DNA of 34,125 bases from a virus (Duplodnaviria; Heunggongvirae; Uroviricota; Caudoviricetes). Of this stretch, positions 26,576 through 34,125 are shown in pieces. The translations under genes were made by a program, and so were the position numbers. Each line of letters starts with the position of its first letter. The first letter of the stretch is position 1. The notes under the pieces were generated by a model. That model was not told the origin of the DNA and made no database searches. It saw nothing but the letters and a program-made list of their open reading frames with translations. The stretch spans positions 1 through 34,125 of the IMG/VR virus record IMGVR_UViG_2563366806_000008, one strand, 5' to 3'.

Positions 26576-28789
26576 CTATTGATAGGTTTTACCAATTAGT
26601 GCCAGCTCGAAATGGATGCGTGGAATCTGCGAACGTTCAGCCTTTTTCATCCGCCCTGATGGCGCTATCTGGTACGGTTTTAATGGTTCGCAGTTTCTTT
26701 GTTGCCAATTCGGTCTCGGTGCACCATGTTTTAATGCACTCCTGAGCACCGTCACAACTTCCGGGTCATCCCATCCGATAACACCACTATCAACCAGATT
26801 TAACACCGCTGCGGCATGCTCAGACGGTGTAGGGTGCATAACCGGAACGTCACCGCCGGTGAACTTTCCACAGTTATTGACAGGACTCCGAGGCGCGGCG
26901 ATGCCGCTTTTTAAAGTCAAAGGCTCAACGACCGGCACTTTCGGCACAATGCGCCAGTCCGTCGTTCTGGTGATATGAATATGACGCGCGCCGAGATGCG
27001 GCGCGTAAATGCCGACCACTCTCTCGACTTCTTCCTCGTACTCGTTAACTTCATCCGACGGACTACGGGCGACCCTGACAGTCTGACAATCGCGCGGGAC
27101 ATTTGCCCCGCCCTGCGCGCTGATATACAACGCAAAATCACCACTGTCTGCGGCGGCGCGTGCAACCTCGACGCGTTCGTCAAACTCATCAGCAATGCTG
27201 ACGCCGCGAGGCAATTTGCGTAGTTCACGGTAAGCCCCCATTGTCGGCAGGCCAACCGTTTTAAATTGCGGGATGCGCCACGTTGACGCCCATGCGGTAA
27301 CAGCCGCCGCTGTGTCTTTCAGCGGCCTGCCGGTATCGTTATCGAGCTGACCATCCAGTGCATAGCCGTCGATGTTTTTTGAAATGTATTTCGCGATATA
27401 TCCCGCAGCACCGCCCCGGTTAAGGTGTTTTGCCTGAAAACGGTTTCGCGCAGCTCCTCTTTCGTCTCCATCCTCTTTGAGCGCGTAGCGACGCATGATT
27501 TCGATAATCTGGTTACGCTGGCGTGGATTACAAAAAAGCATCATATGCCAGTGCGGCGTTCCGTCGTGGTGTGGCTCGACGACACGCAAACCGTAGACCT
27601 GTAAATCATTATCCTTGAATGCCGTGCGCATCAGGCTCCAGATGCGGCAGAGATAACGCTGCGCATCCTTTGGATTAAATGCCTCATCGTTCCAGCCGTG
27701 ATTAAGCTGAACGGTTTTACTTTCGCCTTTTCTGACCTGACGTGTCGGGTGATACTTTGACGGCGCGGTCAGCGTGATAAACATCCCCACATCACCCTCT
27801 GCGGCGGCGTAACGCTCAATACCGGCAATGGTGTTCATCAGCTCCATCCGGCGAATTTCAGGATTAGAAATACTGCCCATCACCTTACTGATAAGGTCGA
27901 TGCGCTCGCCGGTTTCCCTGTTTTCAAGGTCACACGATTTAAGAAATTCCAGATTTGCCTGGCGGCGTGCACGCACATCACGAATGGCATGTTTACTGGC
28001 ATAAGGAGAACGGTCTTTATTGACCTCCCCGACAGCAATCAGTAACGCCTCATGCCAGCGCATACGCTGGCCTTTAAGCTGATGAGTCCACCACTCATCG
28101 TTAAACAGACGGGCAATGGCAGAATATGCCTGCCTCGTGGTCATCTGCCCTTTACGGTATTTTTTCCAGTAGAGCGGGGAAATATTGAAAGCACGTGCAG
28201 CGCCAGCAACATGACCATAGAGGTGAGCCTGCGCCTCATCCGTAAACAGCGATTCTTTTTCGCCATGCGCATCCACCCAGGCATCGCTGAGTTCCTCATA
28301 CATCATGAAAAGCTGCGATGAGATACGGGCAGCAAACTTTTTTAGCTCCTTATCATTCATTCCCGGCAGGCGCGCATAGTGGTCACGCTCTGCCAGAAAC
28401 AGTAACGACGCGTCGGTGTTCATTTCATGGCGCTGATTCACACGCTCAATGCGCGGCCATAAACGACGCTGAAAAGTGGATGTGAGGAAATAAAACCCGT
28501 GCACCGGGCTTTTATTGCGCCGGATGTAGTCATAGCGTGAAGTAAACAGCGAGCGCAAAAAGTAAGGCAGGCGGTTAATCGTGGATAAAACACCTTGCAC
28601 CTGACGCATCTCGTCACGTGTAAGGGGTCTTTCGCGCCCGACGGCCTCGCGTGGCGCGTTCCATGCATAAGCACCGGTAAACGCCTTACCGGTGCCTGCG
28701 GCAAATGCTGGCGGAGGGACAAAACGCCCGGAGGCTTTAACGGCCATATGAGCCAAAAGCCTCTGAACAACGCTTGCTGAGTTGCTCAA
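26576..28789 (-). CDS. A: Replication initiation protein A (rolling-circle nickase, 737 aa)
   Basis: Large last gene of the early operon; N-terminus MSNSASVVQRLLAHMAVKAS...; somewhat shorter than P2 gpA as recalled (761 aa). Confidence 0.8.
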   Translation of the reverse strand: MSNSASVVQRLLAHMAVKASGRFVPPPAFAAGTGKAFTGAYAWNAPREAVGRERPLTRDEMRQVQGVLSTINRLPYFLRSLFTSRYDYIRRNKSPVHGFYFLTSTFQRRLWPRIERVNQRHEMNTDASLLFLAERDHYARLPGMNDKELKKFAARISSQLFMMYEELSDAWVDAHGEKESLFTDEAQAHLYGHVAGAARAFNISPLYWKKYRKGQMTTRQAYSAIARLFNDEWWTHQLKGQRMRWHEALLIAVGEVNKDRSPYASKHAIRDVRARRQANLEFLKSCDLENRETGERIDLISKVMGSISNPEIRRMELMNTIAGIERYAAAEGDVGMFITLTAPSKYHPTRQVRKGESKTVQLNHGWNDEAFNPKDAQRYLCRIWSLMRTAFKDNDLQVYGLRVVEPHHDGTPHWHMMLFCNPRQRNQIIEIMRRYALKEDGDERGAARNRFQAKHLNRGGAAGYIAKYISKNIDGYALDGQLDNDTGRPLKDTAAAVTAWASTWRIPQFKTVGLPTMGAYRELRKLPRGVSIADEFDERVEVARAAADSGDFALYISAQGGANVPRDCQTVRVARSPSDEVNEYEEEVERVVGIYAPHLGARHIHITRTTDWRIVPKVPVVEPLTLKSGIAAPRSPVNNCGKFTGGDVPVMHPTPSEHAAAVLNLVDSGVIGWDDPEVVTVLRSALKHGAPRPNWQQRNCEPLKPYQIAPSGRMKKAERSQIPRIHFELALIGKTYQ

Positions 28790-29012
28790 CCTGCGCGTTT
28801 AAATCAGCAAAAGACTTTGCGCTTCCGGTCAGAATATCGTGATGCATCAGGCCGGAAACGAGCTGGCTTAATTTCGGGTAATAACCAACCACCGACAGCC
28901 ATTCCTGACCGGCGTTTTTACCGCTTTCCGCTCTCTTTTTCTCGTGGAGAATAAACTGAAAGCTGTCACTGGTAACGACATAACGTTCGCCAATTTCAAT
29001 ACGAATACTCAT
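28737..29012 (-). CDS. Early-operon small protein (orf83-like), hypothetical
   Basis: 91-aa ORF immediately upstream of A, in operon orientation. Confidence 0.45.
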   Translation of the reverse strand: MSIRIEIGERYVVTSDSFQFILHEKKRAESGKNAGQEWLSVVGYYPKLSQLVSGLMHHDILTGSAKSFADLNAQVEQLSKRCSEAFGSYGR

Positions 29013-29233
29013 GCCGTTCTCCGGTAATGTTTGTTTTTTGCTTCAAAGACTGACTGACAGGAAACACAACGCGTGGCTGACGGATAAGCCGCACGACGGG
29101 CAGCAGGTATTGGCGCATCACACTCTTCGCAAACCAGCGAAGAAACACCGCAATGTTTTACCCTTGCCGCGTTAATCTGGCGCTCCAGTAATTCAGCCTG
29201 TTGTTCCTGAATAAAATCTACGTTGTCCGGCAT
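29009..29233 (-). CDS. TraR/DksA-family C4 zinc-finger protein (orf82-like, 74 aa)
   Basis: CEECDAPIPAARRAAYPSATRCVSCQ: C-x2-C-x17-C-x2-C zinc finger typical of TraR/DksA-like phage proteins. Confidence 0.65.
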   Translation of the reverse strand: MPDNVDFIQEQQAELLERQINAARVKHCGVSSLVCEECDAPIPAARRAAYPSATRCVSCQSVFEAKNKHYRRTA

Positions 29234-29538
29234 TACCAGTTCCTTTTGTCGTTCAGTTTTTTAAATTCATCAGCGCAATAGCTGGCGATTTCTGTCGTTA
29301 ATTTCGTCAGTTCATCCACGGAGGAGATTTGCTTGTGAAACACAGCGCGTTTAACAAGTAAATTGACCACATCAGACAGGAGGTTTAATTCGTTCTGATA
29401 AATCGCGATAACAGACTCAGTTATTTCGCGTTTTTCTTTATCAAGACCAAGTTGAATAAGAGACAAATCGCCATTTTTCATAACGGCGATTTTTAAGGCG
29501 TTATTCAGTAATACAACTGAACGAGAACAGGACATCAA
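29233..29538 (-). CDS. Early-operon small protein (orf81-like), hypothetical
   Basis: 101-aa ORF translationally coupled to neighbours. Confidence 0.45.
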   Translation of the reverse strand: MMSCSRSVVLLNNALKIAVMKNGDLSLIQLGLDKEKREITESVIAIYQNELNLLSDVVNLLVKRAVFHKQISSVDELTKLTTEIASYCADEFKKLNDKRNW

Positions 29539-29759
29539 AGCACCTCCCCGCGAGACAATCCGATATTGTGAAATTTTTCCGACTCCTGACTGAGCAGCTC
29601 GACTATCTCCACGCGGGATAACTCCGCCTTTGTGATGTGGCGAATCATGGCATCAAGATGAGAAGAAAAGCGCGTCGCAGCGTCGGCCTGTGCTTCGGTT
29701 CTGGCCTGTTGCAGCAGTAATGCGTATTTACCGCACTGATTTTCAGAAACTGTATGCAT
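29535..29759 (-). CDS. Early-operon small protein (orf80-like), hypothetical
   Basis: 74-aa ORF between B and orf81-like. Confidence 0.45.
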   Translation of the reverse strand: MHTVSENQCGKYALLLQQARTEAQADAATRFSSHLDAMIRHITKAELSRVEIVELLSQESEKFHNIGLSRGEVL

Positions 29760-29822
29760 AACTTTCTCCAGGCAAAAAGAAGCCCCGCACGATTAAGTGC
29801 GTTAAAAACTCTGGTTAATTAC

Positions 29823-30323
29823 TTAATGCAGATATTGCTCTGGTTTTACCGACGTCAGAATTGTCGGTGCATACTCAAACAGGCTGAATAATTCACGTAA
29901 TGCACGGAATAAAGCATCACGCCAGTAACATGACTCTTCATTAATTCGCCAGTATGGCTGGTTGAATTCTTTTTCAGTCAATCCGGCATGCATAAATAAA
30001 GTACGACGCTGACTGACTGTTAAAAAACTAATATATGCATACTCACTTGCGCCAACCTGACGGCGTTTTGAGAATGCCCCACGCAATTCATCAATTGCAC
30101 ATACCAGTCGTTCACGTTCGACATCATTCATTTCTTCAAAACGCATCGTTGCGTGACGCTGTTTTAACTGCGCATGGAAGCAAACCGTTAGCCGTTCACG
30201 TTCCATCATCTGATTATAATAATCGCATGTCTCCTGCCAGCGAGGGACGGCCAGATGCTTACCAATTATCCGGCGCATAGCTGCTGGCTGTTTTTCAACA
30301 AGATTGAGCGTCATCACTGTCAT
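29823..30323 (-). CDS. B: Replication protein B (166 aa)
   Basis: 166 aa as in P2 gpB; RBS ggaggg before the ATG; position between cox side and A. Confidence 0.8.
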   Translation of the reverse strand: MTVMTLNLVEKQPAAMRRIIGKHLAVPRWQETCDYYNQMMERERLTVCFHAQLKQRHATMRFEEMNDVERERLVCAIDELRGAFSKRRQVGASEYAYISFLTVSQRRTLFMHAGLTEKEFNQPYWRINEESCYWRDALFRALRELFSLFEYAPTILTSVKPEQYLH

Positions 30324-30355
30324 TTCCAGACCCTCCGACTTTTCAGAAAGGTCAG

Positions 30356-31576
30356 TGTAGATTCAATCTGTCAATGCAACACCCCTTTCAATTATCTCTT
30401 TCGGTGTTTTGAACTTCAGTGTCTTTCTCGGTCTGTTGTTTAGCTGAGCAGCAACCAGATCTAGTTCATGTTGAGTATATTGGGCAAGACATGTCTTTTT
30501 AGGAAAGTACTGCCGAATTAGCCCATTTGTGTTCTCATTTGTTCCCCGCTGCCAAGGACTCTGAGGATCGCAGAAGTAAACTTTAACGCCGGTGCTGACA
30601 GTAAATTCTAGATGTCTGGCCAGTTCCATTCCTCTGTCCCATGTCAGTGATTTTCTGAGTTCTGACGGTAAACTCAGGAATTTGTCGGTAAGAGCCTGAT
30701 TTACTGAGACAGAATCTTTGCCCCTGAGTCTAAGGATGATCGTATAACGTGATTTTCGGTCTACAAGTGTGGCTATATGAGAGTTTTTTGTACCTGAGAC
30801 TAAATCGCCCTCCCAATGCCCCAGAGAGCGTCTGTTATCGATATTTCGGGAACGTTCGTGAATTGGTGTTCCGTTCACTATGTTAATCGTACCTCTTTCG
30901 CCTTTGCGGGTATGACGCCTGCCATGGCGAAGGCTATGCGACCGTCGCAGATGCTGTATATTCAGGTGGTGTAGCGCTTCACGGCTACGAAAGTACAGCG
31001 TTTTATAAATTGTCTCAGGTGATATTCGCAGCGTTTTTTGACGTGGTTTTGTTCGCCTTAACCATCCTGATATTTGCTCTGGAGACCATTTCATCTCCAG
31101 CTTTTCCAGAACAAGCTTTCGCAATGGTAAATTTTGATCCAGTAAGCACGGTTTTGGCCTTTTCGCCATTCTGTTGGCTCGGTTATTAGCATCAACAGCT
31201 TTGTAATAGCGTCTGCCCCGATTACGCTGAACTTCACGTGAGATCGTCGAAGGACTGCGATTCAGCGCAGTAGCTATCGCACGAATGCTCATTTTGGCTG
31301 ACAAACCAGCTCGTATCTCCTCGCGCTCAGACAGTGTCAGGTGAGCTACAGCCCGCTTACGCTCATGGGGTTTTATGCCGCCAGTATCCCTTAACATAGT
31401 GAAGATCGTTCCGGGTTTTGAACCCAGGATATTCGCTATTTCACTGAAGCCTGTTCCGTTCTTCCATAGTTCAAAAACAGAGGCTTTTTCCTCTGCTGTA
31501 AATGTTCGTCTCATTCAAAAAACCTCCGCAACCCCATGTTTTCACATAACTGTTGCGTTGACCAATTGAATCTACA
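30356..31576 (-). mobile_element. IS30 insertion sequence, 1221 bp, with imperfect 26-bp terminal inverted repeats and 2-bp AG target-site duplication
   Basis: Ends tgtagattcaatctgtcaatgcaaca (30356-30381) and tgtagattcaattggtcaacgcaaca (reverse complement of 31551-31576); flanking AG at 30354-30355 and 31577-31578. Confidence 0.9.
30363..31514 (-). CDS. insI: IS30-family transposase (383 aa)
   Basis: Translation MRRTFTAEEKASVFELWKNGTGFSEIANILG... with HTH N-terminus and DDE catalytic region; 383 aa as for IS30 transposase. Confidence 0.9.
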   Translation of the reverse strand: MRRTFTAEEKASVFELWKNGTGFSEIANILGSKPGTIFTMLRDTGGIKPHERKRAVAHLTLSEREEIRAGLSAKMSIRAIATALNRSPSTISREVQRNRGRRYYKAVDANNRANRMAKRPKPCLLDQNLPLRKLVLEKLEMKWSPEQISGWLRRTKPRQKTLRISPETIYKTLYFRSREALHHLNIQHLRRSHSLRHGRRHTRKGERGTINIVNGTPIHERSRNIDNRRSLGHWEGDLVSGTKNSHIATLVDRKSRYTIILRLRGKDSVSVNQALTDKFLSLPSELRKSLTWDRGMELARHLEFTVSTGVKVYFCDPQSPWQRGTNENTNGLIRQYFPKKTCLAQYTQHELDLVAAQLNNRPRKTLKFKTPKEIIERGVALTD

Positions 31577-31737
31577 AGAGCCTTCTTTAACGGACTCTGT
31601 TTTTTGGTGCGGATAATGATTCCCTTGCGTCCCTTACCGTGGGTAATGGTGAAGTCAATCGCCCTGGGGCTTTCGTTACGCAGTAACTGAGCAATACAAC
31701 GAGGCTCATTCATACGGTTCTCCTTAACGTGGTTCAC
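31577..31737 (-). pseudogene. Small early-operon ORF (orf78-like) truncated at its 3' end by IS30
   Basis: The track ORF 31471-31737 is a chimera: about 53 phage codons then read-through into the IS30 end; re-joining the flanks by hand restores about 12 codons ending at the B start. Confidence 0.4.
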
Positions 31738-31999
31738 CGAGACCTAACCACATCAACCAGCCGTCACGAATCTCTTTAGGGCGGCTTTCATAAGCCAGTT
31801 TTAGTCCGTTATTCCATGCCGGAAGGTATACCCAATATTCACCTGCACGACCTGAAGCTGATTGTGGATCGGTCATATCAATTACAGGCAGCTTTCCTTT
31901 ATCGATCATCCGACGAACCGCTCCTGTCGATTTTCCTATTAGTTTTGCGAACTCCTGATAAGGAATCGCATCAGTCATGAGTGTTACTTGCTTGCTCAT
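31724..31999 (-). CDS. cox: Cox, excisionase and repressor of Pc (91 aa)
   Basis: MSKQVTLMTDAIPYQEFAKLIGKSTGAVRRMIDKGKLPVIDM... with HTH; 91 aa, first gene of the early operon, divergent from C. Confidence 0.85.
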   Translation of the reverse strand: MSKQVTLMTDAIPYQEFAKLIGKSTGAVRRMIDKGKLPVIDMTDPQSASGRAGEYWVYLPAWNNGLKLAYESRPKEIRDGWLMWLGLGEPR

Positions 32000-32036
32000 G
32001 TCGTCCTCCAGCCCTCATGAATTGCGTTTAATGCCT

Positions 32037-32120
32037 TATAATGCCTTTTAGTGCCCACATCCAAGCACTAAACAATCTACATCTAAACTAAATACTATTG
32101 AGATCTAAACACTATGTCAA
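32037..32120. promoter_or_regulatory. Immunity switch: Pc -10 TATAAT (32037-32042, +); Pe -35 TTGACA (32115-32120, minus) and -10 TAGTAT (32092-32097, minus) flanked by two ATCTAAAC direct repeats (32081-32088, 32103-32110) 22 bp apart
   Basis: Motifs read directly; face-to-face promoters with direct-repeat operators flanking the Pe -10 match the known P2 C-repressor operator architecture. Confidence 0.5.
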
Positions 32121-32413
32121 ACACGATAAGCGAGAAGATAGTCTTAATGCGAAAATCTGAGTATTTGAGCAGACAACAACTTGCTGATTTAACAGGGGTT
32201 CCGTATGGCACGCTGAGTTACTATGAAAGTGGTCGTTCAACACCTCCAACAGATGTCATGATGAACATCCTGCAGACCCCACAATTCACCAAATACACTT
32301 TATGGTTCATGACAAATCAGATCGCTCCTGAGTCCGGGCAAATTGCGCCCGCTCTCGCACACTTTGGGCAAAACGAAACAACGTCGCCCCACTCCGGTCA
32401 AAAGACTGGTTAA
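32114..32413 (+). CDS. C: Immunity repressor C (99 aa)
   Basis: 99 aa as in P2 C; N-terminal HTH (LSRQQLADLTGVPYGTLSYYESG); upstream of int. Confidence 0.85.
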   Translation: MSNTISEKIVLMRKSEYLSRQQLADLTGVPYGTLSYYESGRSTPPTDVMMNILQTPQFTKYTLWFMTNQIAPESGQIAPALAHFGQNETTSPHSGQKTG

Positions 32414-32528
32414 CAATTCATCGTGAATATATTCATCACAAGTGCCTACTATTGGTGGCTAAATTTCAGCCACCACGAAAAAAACGATTAGTAGTCGCAA
32501 AAAAACACACCACTCGGAGGGTTTTCTG

Positions 32529-33542
32529 ATGGCAATCAAAAAACTCGATGATGGTCGATATGAAGTGGACATCCGCCCTACTGGACGTAATGGAAAACGC
32601 ATCCGTAGGAAGTTTGATAAGAAAAGCGAAGCTGTCGCTTTCGAGAAATACACGTTGTACAACCACCACAATAAAGAATGGCTATCAAAACCAACAGACA
32701 AGCGACGTCTGTCGGAGCTGACACAGATCTGGTGGGATTTAAAGGGTAAACACGAAGAGCATGGGAAATCTAATCTTGGAAAAATTGAAATCTTCACAAA
32801 AATAACGAATGACCCATGCGCATTTCAAATTACGAAATCGCTTATCAGCCAATACTGCGCCACCCGAAGAAGTCAGGGTATTAAACCTTCGAGTATCAAT
32901 CGTGATTTAACATGTATTAGCGGCATGTTTACAGCCCTGATTGAAGCGGAGTTATACTTTGGTGAGCACCCTATCAGAGGGACAAAAAGGCTTAAGGAGG
33001 AAAAACCAGACACAGGCTATCTCACGCAGGAAGAAATTGCCTTACTGCTCGCAGCTCTTGACGGCGACAACAAAAAGATTGCGATTCTTTGCCTGAGTAC
33101 TGGAGCACGTTGGGGAGAAGCAGCTCGTTTGAAAGCAGAAAATATCATTCATAACCGCGTCACGTTTGTTAAAACGAAAACAAACAAACCACGCACCGTC
33201 CCGATCTCAGAGGCTGTTGCCAAAATGATCGCGGATAACAAACGAGGTTTTTTATTCCCTGATGCTGATTACCCTCGCTTCAGACGAACAATGAAAGCAA
33301 TAAAACCGGATTTGCCAATGGGGCAAGCCACACATGCACTAAGGCACAGCTTTGCCACTCATTTCATGATTAATGGAGGAAGTATTATCACGCTACAACG
33401 GATACTAGGTCACACGCGGATTGAGCAAACTATGGTTTACGCTCATTTTGCTCCAGAGTACCTTCAGGACGCCATTTCTCTTAATCCGCTGAGAGGTGGT
33501 ACTGAGGCCGAGAGTGTCCACACAGTGTCCACAGTAGAGTAA
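32529..33542 (+). CDS. int: Tyrosine integrase (337 aa)
   Basis: 337 aa as in P2 Int; C-terminal catalytic motifs (ARWGE, HALRHSFATH, LGHTRIEQTMVYAH with the Tyr); ends about 70 bp before the att core. Confidence 0.9.
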   Translation: MAIKKLDDGRYEVDIRPTGRNGKRIRRKFDKKSEAVAFEKYTLYNHHNKEWLSKPTDKRRLSELTQIWWDLKGKHEEHGKSNLGKIEIFTKITNDPCAFQITKSLISQYCATRRSQGIKPSSINRDLTCISGMFTALIEAELYFGEHPIRGTKRLKEEKPDTGYLTQEEIALLLAALDGDNKKIAILCLSTGARWGEAARLKAENIIHNRVTFVKTKTNKPRTVPISEAVAKMIADNKRGFLFPDADYPRFRRTMKAIKPDLPMGQATHALRHSFATHFMINGGSIITLQRILGHTRIEQTMVYAHFAPEYLQDAISLNPLRGGTEAESVHTVSTVE

Positions 33543-33611
33543 CGTTTAAGGGCTTTCAGTGGTCATTTATGCCGCTCAAACCCGCATTGTACCGTTGAAA
33601 GCCCCTACTGA

Positions 33612-33638
33612 TGACACCCTAAATCTCCCTTACACGGG
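33612..33638. repeat. Prophage attachment core, right copy (int-proximal junction)
   Basis: Exact 27-bp copy of 1507-1533; here followed by one extra T and the inverted repeat gggcttat / ataagccc. Confidence 0.8.
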
Positions 33639-33807
33639 CTTATTTTTTTATGCATAAGCCCTATCTCTGGTAACCGTCTTCCATTGACCACATCGATAGA
33701 ATCCTCCTTCATAGCACGATGCCTTTCACTTATCGGCATCGTGCTCCCACAGGTTCCGGCTACGCACAGCCAGAACGCGCATATTTGACGCTTACCAAAA
33801 AATATTC

Positions 33808-34125
33808 TCACTCTCCACATTTGAATGTCAGACGAGCGACACCATGTAATCCTACACCTTCTGTCTTCAGCTCAACTATTTGCATTTTTTTGCCCTGAGT
33901 AACACAGAAATGAGTTGCATCATTTTTTACTATATTTTCTGCACCAGATATTCTACCCCTGGCTAAAGAAGCTTCGGCTTCGGTGTAGTATTGGTTATCG
34001 AGTTTACGCTGAATATTACTTTTATATGCAAGACCAAATTTACCGATACTTGTCTCATCATTATGCACAGCACAACCAGACATAATAAAAATACTAATTA
34101 ATGATATAGCAGCTATCTTTTTCAT
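33808..34125 (-). CDS. yegR: Small lipoprotein (105 aa), probably host gene yegR
   Basis: MKKIAAISLISIFIMSGC: signal peptide plus lipobox; position just outside the prophage as for yegR next to the K-12 ogrK/yegZ remnant; identity from memory only. Confidence 0.5.
   Translation of the reverse strand: MKKIAAISLISIFIMSGCAVHNDETSIGKFGLAYKSNIQRKLDNQYYTEAEASLARGRISGAENIVKNDATHFCVTQGKKMQIVELKTEGVGLHGVARLTFKCGE

Larger units (their letters stand above)
1507..33638. mobile_element. P2-like (Peduovirus-type) prophage, about 32.1 kb, integrated at the 3' end of cyaR
   Basis: Bounded by the 27-bp direct repeats; contains int, C, cox, B, A, cos, Q-P, O-N-M-L-X, lysis genes, R-S, V-W-J-I-H-G, FI-FII-E-T-U-D and ogr in P2 order. 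Confidence 0.85.

Noticed and set aside
31471-31737. 88-aa ORF overlapping the IS30 end
   Set aside because: Chimeric reading frame: about 53 phage codons followed by read-through into the IS30 inverted repeat; reported instead as a truncated orf78-like pseudogene.
32459-32797. 112-aa minus-strand ORF overlapping the int start
   Set aside because: Antisense to the well-supported integrase gene; no independent support.

Overview
This window is an Escherichia coli-type chromosomal segment (yegQ, cyaR ... yegR) occupied by a complete P2-like prophage of about 32.1 kb. The prophage is bounded by a 27-bp direct repeat (1507-1533 and 33612-33638) that is the 3' end of the CyaR sRNA gene. Left to right it runs inverted relative to the classical P2 map: ogr; the D-U-T-E/E'-FII-FI tail operon; G-H-I-J-W-V fibre/baseplate genes; S-R, lysis genes, X-L-M-N-O head genes (all minus strand); P-Q (plus); cos; the early/replication operon A ... 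B ... cox (minus); then C and int (plus). After start-codon trimming, nearly every backbone gene has the length I recall for its P2 counterpart. Three visibly AT-rich cargo loci interrupt this backbone and are the main candidates for accessory or anti-phage function: (i) a 408-aa protein with a C-terminal PD-(D/E)xK / RecB-like nuclease signature in the G/FI slot; (ii) a 247-aa opposite-strand ORF of unknown function between S and V; (iii) a DUF4238-type protein in the tin/old slot next to cos. An IS30 copy (1221 bp, 2-bp AG target duplication) sits between cox and B. Other signals include the E/E' -1 frameshift site, tail-fibre tandem repeats and a Pe/Pc immunity switch with ATCTAAAC operator repeats. 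All calls come from reading translations, synteny and motifs by eye; no database search or computation was run, and P2 gene lengths and motifs are from memory.
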